Virus record (IMG/VR): IMGVR_UViG_3300024503_000419
DNA from: a virus
Strand: one strand, 5' to 3'
Length of the DNA: 64,000 nt
The stretch's first letter is position 1, and the number at the start of each line of letters is the position of its first letter. Shown here one piece after another: positions 1 through 8,633 of this stretch. The position numbers and the translations under genes are program-made. The notes beneath the pieces are model-generated. The model saw only the letters and a list, made by a program, of their open reading frames with translations. It ran no database searches and was not told where the DNA came from.

Positions 1-27
1 AAAAACATTCACACAAATGCATAACTC

Positions 28-58
28 TTTGCTATTCAATATACTCTGATTACTTTTA
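28..58 (+). promoter_or_regulatory. Bacteroidota sigma-A type promoter (near consensus) upstream of the scaffold/capsid operon
   Basis: TTTG (28-31), 19-nt spacer, TACTTTTA (51-58); consensus is TTTG-N19-21-TAnnTTTG, with one mismatch at the last base. Confidence 0.55.
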
Positions 59-92
59 CAAACGTATAAACCAAACTTAAAATAAACTACAT

Positions 93-1382
93 ATGGCTGA
101 GAACCTTGATACCCCGTCATTTGGCAACTTTAGTATTGAAAATACTATGGAAATGGGACCTGGAGGTGCAGAGCTTCTTAATGACTTGCTCTCTCCTGAA
201 ACTTCTACAAGCAATCCTGATCAGATTCAAGAGATTGTAAAGAACGTAGAAGATCCTGCTCCTGCTCCAAAACCTGAGGTGCCTAAAGGAAAAGAAATCG
301 TTCCTCAACAAGATGGTAAAGAACCTTCTGCTCAGGACTTGATTTCAAACTTCCTTGGTGACAACACTGATGAAGAAGAGGAAGAAACACAACCTGTTGA
401 TCCTCAACCAGTTAAGAAGAAAGCTGGCGAAGCAAAACCTGCTGAAGCTGCTCCTGCTGCTGAAGAGGAATCACAAGATGAGGAGACAGAACAAGTGAGT
501 CAATTCACCGCACTTTCTCGTGACCTATTCAAACTTGGTGTCTTTTCAAAGGATGAAGATGAAGAAGATGCTGACATCTCTACACCTGAAGCTTTCCTTG
601 AGCGCTTCCAAAATGAGAAGAAGAAAGGAGCTGTTGAAATGGTGCAGAGCTTCATTGGTCAGTTTGGGGAAGATTATCAACAAGCGTTTGATGCTATATT
701 CGTAAAAGGCGTTAATCCAAAGGACTACTTTGGTACATATAATAACGTGACCAGCTTTGCTGAAATGGATTTGTCACAAGAGAATAATCAAGTGGCAGTG
801 ATAAAACAAGCACTAGCTGATCAGGGTTTTGAAACTGAAGACATTAACACAGAGGTTGAAAGACTCAAAAACTACGGTGATTTGGAAAGCGTTGCTACAA
901 AGCACCATAAAGTGTTGGTTAAAAAGGAAGCTGCAAAACTCCAACAAATGGAGCAAAGAGCTGAACAAGAACTCCAACAAAAGCAAGCAATCAAAAACCA
1001 ATACATCCAGAATGTTCAGCAAGTTCTTAACGACAAGCTGAAATCTAAGGAGTTTGATGGTATACCCATCAATCCCAAGTTGGCAAACGAACTACAAGAC
1101 TTCCTGCTGGTAGATAAGTATAAGACAGCAAACGGTGAGACCCTCACTGATTTCGACAAGACCATCTTGGAATTGAAGAGACCTGAGAACCATGCAACAA
1201 AGGTGAAAGTTGCTCTCCTGCTTAAAATCTTAGAAAAAGACCCTACATTATCTACCATCCAAAGAACAGGCGTTTCAAAGAAATCAAACGAGCTGTTTGG
1301 GGAAGTGGCTAGACAGGTTACAAAAACTAAGTCAGCAGTGGGTGGTGCACAGCCTTCTAAACAAAATTCATGGTTCTTATAA
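93..1382 (+). CDS. Putative capsid scaffolding/assembly protein (conserved crAss-like gene upstream of MCP)
   Basis: 429 aa, acidic low-complexity N-terminal half, coiled-coil centre (KKEAAKLQQMEQRAEQELQQKQ), directly upstream of the MCP as in crAss-like head modules. Confidence 0.6.
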   Translation: MAENLDTPSFGNFSIENTMEMGPGGAELLNDLLSPETSTSNPDQIQEIVKNVEDPAPAPKPEVPKGKEIVPQQDGKEPSAQDLISNFLGDNTDEEEEETQPVDPQPVKKKAGEAKPAEAAPAAEEESQDEETEQVSQFTALSRDLFKLGVFSKDEDEEDADISTPEAFLERFQNEKKKGAVEMVQSFIGQFGEDYQQAFDAIFVKGVNPKDYFGTYNNVTSFAEMDLSQENNQVAVIKQALADQGFETEDINTEVERLKNYGDLESVATKHHKVLVKKEAAKLQQMEQRAEQELQQKQAIKNQYIQNVQQVLNDKLKSKEFDGIPINPKLANELQDFLLVDKYKTANGETLTDFDKTILELKRPENHATKVKVALLLKILEKDPTLSTIQRTGVSKKSNELFGEVARQVTKTKSAVGGAQPSKQNSWFL

Positions 1383-1408
1383 ATTTTCATAAATAAAAGG
1401 ATAACAAA

Positions 1409-2962
1409 ATGGCAATTCAAACAATCCCAGGTCTAACTGGCTTCACGTATGCTCGTGTCGCATCTATGGACAAGCGTGCTGTTGGTAAGCTAACTGACGC
1501 TAACCACCTGGAGAGCTTCCACTCAACTGAGCCTGCTGATTACGACAAGAAAATCATCAGCCTCTATACACAGAGCTCTCTTTACAGCAACGACTTCCTA
1601 GACATGATCAACAAAAGCACGCCTTATTACATTGATAATAATAGCGATGCTTGGAAATGGCAAGTAGCTGTTCCGTACAAATTCCCTAAAATCATCGACA
1701 TCCCTGCTTCCACTCTTGAGTTGAGCAAGCCTGGTATTGATGGTCAAGAGTTCCAATTGGTAATTGACACAAACGAGTTCTCTAAGAACGCTATCGTTTC
1801 TGTTGGTTCTCGCCAATATGGTCCTCGCTTTTACGTTATTAAGGATCCAGTTCCTTGGAACATGGGCTTCCTTTATAGCTTCACTTTGGTTACAGACAAT
1901 CCAACTGTAGACTTCGTTAGTCCTGTGTTCTTGCAAGTGGGCATTGAACTTGAACTAGTTGACGCTGCGATTGGTGAATTTGACCAAGACTTGTTAGGTC
2001 TTCCTCGTTTGGGTGAGCAAATCACAATGTTTGAATCTTTGGGTTCTGCATATGGTTTTGAGCACAAAATCACTGAGTGGGCTGATGACAAAATGATGAG
2101 AGATAGCAAAGGTAATCCTTTGGATATCTTGGTTTACGCTCCTCAAAGACGTAACCAACTTCCTTTAACTCGTAACGATGTTAAATGGGAGCCATTCATC
2201 GAGTTCTGGATGAGAAAGTCTATGCTTGAGTTGAAAGTTAAGCGTATGATTTGGTCTCGCCCAGGCACTGTTAAAACAAATGGTAGCAAGCAAGAATTGA
2301 AGCGTACATCTGCTGGTGTTTACCACAGAATGCGTAACAACGGTAACTTGGTACAATACAACCGTGGTGAATTCACTGCGAACTTGATCCGTTCTGTTTT
2401 TGGAGACTTGTTCTACAGAAGGGTGGATGTTAAAGATCGTAGAGTGAAAATGTACACCAACGAAGCTGGATTTGACGTGTTCCAACAAGCTTTGAAGAAT
2501 GACGCTTTGAACAGCGGTTTGACATTCATGGCTGATAGCGGTAACCGTTATTTGCAAGGCGAAGGCCAGCACATCACTTACAACTTTGCATTCGATGCAA
2601 TGGTTACACGTGAAACTGGTCGTGTTGAGCTCATCCATTTGAAAGAATTGGATTTGCCTCAAACTAACTTAGAATTTGGTCAGAACAAGAAGAGCACTCC
2701 TGTATTCATGGTATTTGACGTGTCTCCAATGTCTGATGGTTCTATGGTTAACAACATCCGTGAAGTTCGTATGAAGGGTGCACCTTCTATGACTTGGGGA
2801 TATATTGATGGAACTCGTCACCATTTGGGATTTGCCAAATCTCAGGGTATGAGCTCTGCAAACAAATTCCCAGGATATGAAATCTGGATGAAAGACCGTT
2901 GTGATGTCTTTATCGAAGACTTGTCTCGTACAGTTTTGATCGAAGAGATTCCACAATTCTAA
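1409..2962 (+). CDS. Major capsid protein, crAss-like HK97 fold
   Basis: 517 aa with strong codon bias; size, position and sequence character (WKWQV, DGQEFQLVID, YTNEAGFDVF) fit crAss-like MCPs; followed by stem-loops. Confidence 0.85.
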   Translation: MAIQTIPGLTGFTYARVASMDKRAVGKLTDANHLESFHSTEPADYDKKIISLYTQSSLYSNDFLDMINKSTPYYIDNNSDAWKWQVAVPYKFPKIIDIPASTLELSKPGIDGQEFQLVIDTNEFSKNAIVSVGSRQYGPRFYVIKDPVPWNMGFLYSFTLVTDNPTVDFVSPVFLQVGIELELVDAAIGEFDQDLLGLPRLGEQITMFESLGSAYGFEHKITEWADDKMMRDSKGNPLDILVYAPQRRNQLPLTRNDVKWEPFIEFWMRKSMLELKVKRMIWSRPGTVKTNGSKQELKRTSAGVYHRMRNNGNLVQYNRGEFTANLIRSVFGDLFYRRVDVKDRRVKMYTNEAGFDVFQQALKNDALNSGLTFMADSGNRYLQGEGQHITYNFAFDAMVTRETGRVELIHLKELDLPQTNLEFGQNKKSTPVFMVFDVSPMSDGSMVNNIREVRMKGAPSMTWGYIDGTRHHLGFAKSQGMSSANKFPGYEIWMKDRCDVFIEDLSRTVLIEEIPQF

Positions 2963-2969
2963 TGACCGT

Positions 2970-3124
2970 ACTAGTGATGCTACCCGTAAGATCAGCATCC
3001 TAGTCTTCATAAAATCGAGAAGAGAATGCCCCCCACACTCCCTGTGGGGGAGCTCTTCTCAAACTACAGAGTGGTTGGACTGGGGTGTCTCCCAATCGCT
3101 ATCCCTTCGATGGGAATCACTCTG
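2970..3124 (+). other. Three consecutive RNA stem-loops between the MCP and the next gene
   Basis: ACTAG/CTAGT + GATGCT/AGCATC (2970-3004); GAGAAGAG/CTCTTCTC + CCCCCACA/TGTGGGGG (3017-3060); CAGAGTGGTT/AATCACTCTG closing a branched element (3067-3124). Confidence 0.7.
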
Positions 3125-3152
3125 CGAATAAAACCAAATAAATAAACTACAT

Positions 3153-4121
3153 ATGGGTAAGTTAGGTAAAATCTCAACAATTAAGAAGGAGTATAATAAC
3201 TCACAACTTCAGACAATGCAAGGTGGACTTGCTTTAAAAGGTTTAACGCGTATTCCTGGAACAGGGGTGTTTAAATATCCCTATAAGGAATTGGATGGTA
3301 AATACAGAACAGGACTTGATACTGAAGCTGCTTACATCCGCAGAATTTCTGATCCTCTAGAAAGAGACTTGGAGATTGAGCGTGTTACAAAACTGAAAGC
3401 TAAATTGCAAGCTGCTCTTGGTGATGTTGACTTAGGTCCTCGTTCTAGTTTTTGGAACTATGGATTGTCTACATCTACACAAGATGGAATGCATGTTCAG
3501 CCTGTTAAACTTCTGGATGGTGACAACTTCTTCGATCTTGCAATTCCTCTACAGGAACTAGCTTTTTCTTGGTTACGTGTTCATCCAACCATCGCAAGCT
3601 CATATCAAGCTTGGGAGCGTGGTGAATATCCAGCTGACACACAGTTTTACGTAGCTGATGATGAAATTGAAAATGCTGTTCTGTTCAAGAAGAAGCAACT
3701 CATCAACAAAGCTATTGTCAAGTTTGATGGAATGACTCCTGAGAGAAAAAGAAAAGTGGCACGTTTGTTGGGCCTACCTGTAACTGATGATACTAAAGAG
3801 GAAGCAGTTTACAACCTTGTAGACAATGTCCTCAAACAAACCGAGTTTAAAAACGGTAAGTATCAGGGGTTGAATCCTGTTGAAGTGTTCACACGCTTTG
3901 CAGATATGAAAGACAACTTACTCCATATCAAAGACTTAGTGAAACAAGCCATCACACATTCAATATACAGATCTAAGCCAAATGGTAAAATCTATGAAGG
4001 TGAATTTGAAATAGCTAAGGACGAAGATGATTTGATTAAACAACTCTCTGATGATGACAATCAAGACTTGCTCTTGACTCTCGAAGGAAAGTTGAAAACT
4101 AAGAAATTAGCTGCAGTATGA
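3153..4121 (+). CDS. Conserved crAss-like protein downstream of the MCP, function unknown
   Basis: 322 aa ORF in the head-tail operon; its leader is nearly identical to that of the gene at 93. Confidence 0.6.
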   Translation: MGKLGKISTIKKEYNNSQLQTMQGGLALKGLTRIPGTGVFKYPYKELDGKYRTGLDTEAAYIRRISDPLERDLEIERVTKLKAKLQAALGDVDLGPRSSFWNYGLSTSTQDGMHVQPVKLLDGDNFFDLAIPLQELAFSWLRVHPTIASSYQAWERGEYPADTQFYVADDEIENAVLFKKKQLINKAIVKFDGMTPERKRKVARLLGLPVTDDTKEEAVYNLVDNVLKQTEFKNGKYQGLNPVEVFTRFADMKDNLLHIKDLVKQAITHSIYRSKPNGKIYEGEFEIAKDEDDLIKQLSDDDNQDLLLTLEGKLKTKKLAAV

Positions 4122-4849
4122 TACCAGTAGATAGTTTATTATACAAGATAGATCAGAAACTAAATAAACTATCAACTAATGTACACCAGCAGATAAACTT
4201 AGAAGACAAGATACTAGCCCTCAATGAGGCTCAGATAAAGCTGATAAAACAAAAGGTTGATGGTTTTAGTGTGATAAGTGGAATGGGACTTGACGCTTTT
4301 AAGAAGCGTTACGAGGACCTCCAAAGTTTGGTGATCACTTACAACCACCAACCTCTTGAGCTCAAACTCAAGAACAAGGAACTAAATCAATGGTTTGCTA
4401 ATCTGCATCTCCTAGTTCCCAAGTACATGTTCTATATTGATAGTTATGTACTGGCTGACAAAGGAGTGTGTAAGGACAGAAAGATCTGGATAAACAGAGA
4501 TTTGGCTAAACATGGTGACCTTCAGTTCATTCTGAACAACGACCATTACAGACCAAGCTTTGAATACCAAGAGACTTTCAACTTCCTTTCGACAGATGAA
4601 ATAAGCATCTTCACCGATGGGACATTCACCCCAAGCAAAATCTACATGTCTTACATGAGATATCCAGTTTATATCAATAAAGAAGGATATATAATGCTTG
4701 ACGGAGAACCATCTTACAACCAAGACTGCGAACTTGAACTCTATCTAGAGGATGAATTGGTAGACTTAACAGTACAAAACCTAGCTATGTATACAGAGAA
4801 CGCACCCGCTGTTCAAAGTGCACAGTTCAGGATACAGACAAACGAATAA
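4118..4849 (+). CDS. Tail ring (head-tail connector/tubular) protein
   Basis: 243 aa; helical N-terminus (LEDKILALNEAQIKLIKQ), C-terminal YMRYP...CELELYLEDELVDLTV pattern of crAss ring proteins; ATGA overlap with the previous gene. Confidence 0.65.
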   Translation: MIPVDSLLYKIDQKLNKLSTNVHQQINLEDKILALNEAQIKLIKQKVDGFSVISGMGLDAFKKRYEDLQSLVITYNHQPLELKLKNKELNQWFANLHLLVPKYMFYIDSYVLADKGVCKDRKIWINRDLAKHGDLQFILNNDHYRPSFEYQETFNFLSTDEISIFTDGTFTPSKIYMSYMRYPVYINKEGYIMLDGEPSYNQDCELELYLEDELVDLTVQNLAMYTENAPAVQSAQFRIQTNE

Positions 4850-4877
4850 GTTTTTTAATCACTAAAAATAAAGCAAA

Positions 4878-6050
4878 ATGGCTGATTTTTCATTAACTAC
4901 GCTCTTCGTAGTACCAGTAGGGCAAACTGCGCTCCCTAGCTCTGGATCTACGCAAGACCTAACAGCAGGTCAGGTGGGTATCTACCGTGCTGACTACTCT
5001 GTTGCCACAGCTGGTAACATTGCTGCTTCTCCTTATTTCTATATTGCGCAGGGCCGTACCAACACTTATCTGCAAGGCTCTAAGCGTTCTGATAAGATTA
5101 AAGGTTGTCCTTCAGGATCTGGTTGCAAAAGCAACGTAACTGAATGGTATAAAGTGAACGGTTGTCCTACACCATTGACTCAAATCACTGATGTAGTAAA
5201 CTGGAATGTACAATGTGGTGAGGTGGTAACCCTTACACTTCGTGCTCACTCTAGCTATTTAGACACTTTGTATTTTAACGGTTTCACTCGTTCAGTCACT
5301 GTAAATGCTCCTTGTTGTGAGTGTGACGGTAACCCTTGTGCTGCTGTTGATGTTCCTGCATTCATTGATGATGTAATCTATCATTTGAATTTGCAAGCTC
5401 CAGGTAACAACCCTGACAACATCACTTTGTCTGATTTCTATCAGTTCCAAAGAATTGGTAATGATGCAAACGCATTCTTGCGTATCACTGGTAAACCATT
5501 GACTAAATATGGTCAGCCTTGTGACGTTGCAGCATTTCCTTTCGAGTATGACAGAATGTGGTTCCGTACATTCGTGTACAGTGGTCCAGCAACAACTGCT
5601 GACTTCATTGTGTACGATCCTTGTAACGTTGTTGCTGATCCTGTAGTTGTACAGCGTTCTTCTTACGCCACTGGTACTTCTGCTGAGATTGCACAATTAG
5701 AAAAGAACTTCTACAGCTATCAAGCTGGTTACTTGAAGCATCTTTACAGAATGAATGGCTACAACGAGAACTTTGAATCTTGGGTGAGCGATGGTACAAC
5801 CTACACCACCTATTACATCAAGTTCAATGAGTATGACAAGTCTGTTTACAGCTGGGGCGATTATATCAAAGAAGATAGCACTGTAATCATTGCTGTTGAA
5901 AAAGATAGCGCTGCTGAAGCTGCAATTGAGGCTGTTCTTGTAGCTGGTCTTGGTGCTGTGGCTGATGAGAATGGAGTTTGTGTAACTACCACTTCTACAA
6001 CAACCACTGTATGGCCTTCTACTTCTACTACTACAACTTTGATTCCGTAA
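4878..6050 (+). CDS. Auxiliary capsid (cement/decoration) protein with a C-terminal Thr-rich tail
   Basis: 390 aa, high-expression codon bias, beta-rich, followed by a stem-loop; ends CVTTTSTTTTVWPSTSTTTTLIP; position matches the crAss auxiliary capsid gene. Confidence 0.6.
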   Translation: MADFSLTTLFVVPVGQTALPSSGSTQDLTAGQVGIYRADYSVATAGNIAASPYFYIAQGRTNTYLQGSKRSDKIKGCPSGSGCKSNVTEWYKVNGCPTPLTQITDVVNWNVQCGEVVTLTLRAHSSYLDTLYFNGFTRSVTVNAPCCECDGNPCAAVDVPAFIDDVIYHLNLQAPGNNPDNITLSDFYQFQRIGNDANAFLRITGKPLTKYGQPCDVAAFPFEYDRMWFRTFVYSGPATTADFIVYDPCNVVADPVVVQRSSYATGTSAEIAQLEKNFYSYQAGYLKHLYRMNGYNENFESWVSDGTTYTTYYIKFNEYDKSVYSWGDYIKEDSTVIIAVEKDSAAEAAIEAVLVAGLGAVADENGVCVTTTSTTTTVWPSTSTTTTLIP

Positions 6051-6081
6051 TAGTAGGAGAATAACCTAGATTATATTAACC

Positions 6082-6124
6082 TAAGCCAGAGGTGAGAGGA
6101 TTTAAAACTCAATCCTCTGGCTTA
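6082..6124 (+). other. Stem-loop after the auxiliary capsid gene (mRNA stabiliser or attenuating terminator)
   Basis: TAAGCCAGAGG (6082-6092) pairs with CCTCTGGCTTA (6114-6124); inner TGAG/CTCA. Confidence 0.65.
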
Positions 6125-6139
6125 ATTATTTAAGACAAC

Positions 6140-6703
6140 ATGGCAGATTTAAAACTAGACATACTGGTAATCCCTACATATAATGTAACCACACTTGGGG
6201 TTGCTGATGCCTCTACCTATCCAACTAATCCACCTGTTGTTTCTGGTGCTACAATTGAAATCACAGTTCCTGGATTTGGCACATTCTTCAAACCTTTTAG
6301 TGTTAATGACTTCAACATATTTACAACATCAAACTTAGGAATCACTCCTCCAGGTGTGGATCAGCCACTTCCTGATGGTGTGTATCGTTTAAAATATTCT
6401 GTGGCTCCTGCATACTTAAACTATGTAGAGAAGTCAATCATGCGTATTGAACAGCTACAAGAGAAGTTTGATGGAGCATTTATGAAGCTTGATATGATGG
6501 AATGTGATAGAGCTATAAAAACACAAGCGTTTGTAGATTTGAACACTATAAATTTCTTTATACAGGGAGCTTTAGCTGCTGCCAACAACTGTGCTGATGT
6601 TGAAGCAACAAAAATGTACAATCAGGCAGATATGATGCTGAACAACTTCTTGAAGAACAATTGTGGATGTTCTGGAAACAACTACATTATAAACTTTTAT
6701 TAA
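6140..6703 (+). CDS. Structural protein, possible tail hub component
   Basis: 187 aa, Ig-like N-terminal half (PDGVYRLKYSVAP) and helical Cys-containing C-terminal half, in the tail module. Confidence 0.45.
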   Translation: MADLKLDILVIPTYNVTTLGVADASTYPTNPPVVSGATIEITVPGFGTFFKPFSVNDFNIFTTSNLGITPPGVDQPLPDGVYRLKYSVAPAYLNYVEKSIMRIEQLQEKFDGAFMKLDMMECDRAIKTQAFVDLNTINFFIQGALAAANNCADVEATKMYNQADMMLNNFLKNNCGCSGNNYIINFY

Positions 6704-6704
6704 T

Positions 6705-6857
6705 ATGGCTGCTTGTAAAAAATGTGGAGCTAAGGTTGGATGTGGATGTCAATTGATTAACGGTCTTTGTGCTGCATGCAATTCTGCTGTAAAACAAGGA
6801 AGAAAAATTATAGGAAATGTTATCACCCAGGCTTACAAATTGTCCAGAGTGCGCTAG
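6705..6857 (+). CDS. Small Cys-rich protein, 50 aa (not in the ORF track)
   Basis: Manual translation MAACKKCGAKVGCGCQLINGLCAACNSAVKQGRKIIGNVITQAYKLSRVR*; starts 1 nt after the previous stop. Confidence 0.6.
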   Translation: MAACKKCGAKVGCGCQLINGLCAACNSAVKQGRKIIGNVITQAYKLSRVR

Positions 6858-7083
6858 TATTCCCAATCTTATCGCTGAGATAGATTGTAAACTGGCAGCC
6901 CTTGGAAACAATTTGTACAATAATGTTGTGTTTATGTTGAACCAGCCTGTACCTGGAGGGGTAATGCTGGCACTCATAAACTACAGAAGAATACTTGTCT
7001 ACAAGTATTGTAATCCCGATTATGCTGCTTGTTATACAGTGAATATGATTGCGAGCAGAGTTAAACTTTTAAAATATAAATAA
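6817..7083 (+). CDS. Small structural protein, possible tail hub component
   Basis: 88 aa, CxxC near the N-terminus, abuts the next gene. Confidence 0.5.
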   Translation: MLSPRLTNCPECASIPNLIAEIDCKLAALGNNLYNNVVFMLNQPVPGGVMLALINYRRILVYKYCNPDYAACYTVNMIASRVKLLKYK

Positions 7084-8181
7084 ATGTCCAACATTTGTTC
7101 AAATTGCTATAACGGTTGTGCAGAAACAATTTCTGATCAATGTGTGAGATATACAGGAGTGGATGTTCCCGTTTTGGGAATTCAAACAGGAGATTCTCTT
7201 TCGTATGTTGAACAAGCATTGATTACTTTTCTTGTATCTACACTTGATGGAAGTGGTATAGTTTTACCAATTGACCCTCAAATTATCTGTGAGATTGTAA
7301 ACAAGAATCTTGTAGAATGTGAAGACCTCACACTCATAAATGTTATCAATGCATTAATAAAGGCCATATGTGAGCTTGACACAAGACTCACTGCTCTTGA
7401 GGCTGACTTTGCTGCTCTAGAGGGAGCATATACAGTGGGTTGTCTTGATGGTGTAACTGGTTCTTCTGGAACACATGCCATCCTTCAGGCAGCCATCAAT
7501 AAGATTTGTGATATAGAAGTGGACCTTGCAGCGCTAGCTCTTGATGTAGATACAAACTATGTCAAGCTTGCTGATCTCAACGCATTAATTCAGGCTTACC
7601 TAAACAGTATTGGTACAAGCACCAAGTATTATAACAAAATGATACCTTATGTAGCTGTAGAATACTATGGCTCTCTTACAGGTAAGTTTGATGGTACAGG
7701 TGCTGGTATTGGTGACTGGGAGAAAATCTACCTCTGTAATGGTCAAAATGGAACGCCTGATAAAAGAGGACGTGTTCCAGTGGGAGTGACAACAGGTATG
7801 GGAGGTGGAGCTATGAGCCCTGCAGTGGATCCTGCTGTGCCAAGCAACCCTAACTACACTCTTCTGGGAACAGCTGGTTCTAATACAGTGACTCTTGCTA
7901 CCAACCAAATACCTGCACACTCACACTCAGCTACATCATCTGTAACTGATCCTGGACACACACATACACTTGCTTACGCTCCTGGTAAATCTGATCCAGA
8001 TGAAGCGGGTGCTGTTGCTGATTATATGGATCAAGCTGGTACAAAGAGTTCTTCTGCAACTACTAACTCAGCAAGTACAGGAATCTCCGTAAGTGTTACT
8101 ATTGGCTCTACAGGAGGAGGACTAGGTCATAACAACTATCAACCTGGTCTTGGATGTTACTACATCATGTATATTCCTTAA
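7084..8181 (+). CDS. Tail fibre protein with a C-terminal tail-collar-like domain
   Basis: YLCNGQNGTPDKRGRVPVG, TVTLATNQIPAHSH and GHNNYQP motifs typical of phage tail-collar/short fibre proteins; N-terminal Cys-rich module plus coiled coil. Confidence 0.7.
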   Translation: MSNICSNCYNGCAETISDQCVRYTGVDVPVLGIQTGDSLSYVEQALITFLVSTLDGSGIVLPIDPQIICEIVNKNLVECEDLTLINVINALIKAICELDTRLTALEADFAALEGAYTVGCLDGVTGSSGTHAILQAAINKICDIEVDLAALALDVDTNYVKLADLNALIQAYLNSIGTSTKYYNKMIPYVAVEYYGSLTGKFDGTGAGIGDWEKIYLCNGQNGTPDKRGRVPVGVTTGMGGGAMSPAVDPAVPSNPNYTLLGTAGSNTVTLATNQIPAHSHSATSSVTDPGHTHTLAYAPGKSDPDEAGAVADYMDQAGTKSSSATTNSASTGISVSVTIGSTGGGLGHNNYQPGLGCYYIMYIP

Positions 8182-8202
8182 TAGCTAAACTCTTTACATA
8201 AA

Positions 8203-8457
8203 ATGATATTTCTTCCACAAAACCCATGCTGCACACCTGTAGTCACTCCTGTTTATGCTGCGTGTGAACCTTGTACAGCACAGCCTATTCCAACGAATAG
8301 TGTGTCATACAGTGGTCCAAACCTTCCATGTACACAGATTCATACATGTGATACAGTGACTGTGTCTCTTCAAAAAATAGACGAACAAATTTGTATACTG
8401 AAACAACAAATCGTAAACCTTCAGAGTCAAATAGACGATTGTTGCACACCTTCATAA
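8203..8457 (+). CDS. Small Cys-rich fibre-anchor-like protein
   Basis: 84 aa; SVSYSGPNLPCTQIHTCDTVTVSLQKID is homologous to the N-terminal modules of the genes at 7084, 43810 and 44214. Confidence 0.6.
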   Translation: MIFLPQNPCCTPVVTPVYAACEPCTAQPIPTNSVSYSGPNLPCTQIHTCDTVTVSLQKIDEQICILKQQIVNLQSQIDDCCTPS

Positions 8458-8492
8458 AGTTAAAAATCCCTGTTTGTTGGTTTTCAGGGATC

Positions 8493-8530
8493 CTCCCTGG
8501 GGCTATGGCCCTGGGGAGTTTTTGTTTTCT
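8493..8530 (+). terminator. Intrinsic terminator
   Basis: CTCCCTGGGGC-TATG-GCCCTGGGGAG hairpin (with G-U pairs) followed by TTTTTGTTTTCT. Confidence 0.8.
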
Positions 8531-8572
8531 AACTAACTTAGTTAGTAACAATAATGAAGTTGGTTAAAATAA

Positions 8573-8605
8573 TTTGGAAAATATGAAAAAACTTTCGTAC
8601 CTTTA
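8573..8605 (+). promoter_or_regulatory. Bacteroidota-type promoter (near consensus)
   Basis: TTTG (8573-8576), 21-nt spacer, TACCTTTA (8598-8605), just downstream of a terminator. Confidence 0.6.
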
Positions 8606-8633
8606 GGCCAATTTTAATCAAACTAAAACGTAA

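Noticed and set aside
3067-3124. tRNA gene
   Set aside because: Only ~58 nt with no anticodon arm or full cloverleaf; kept only as a structured element
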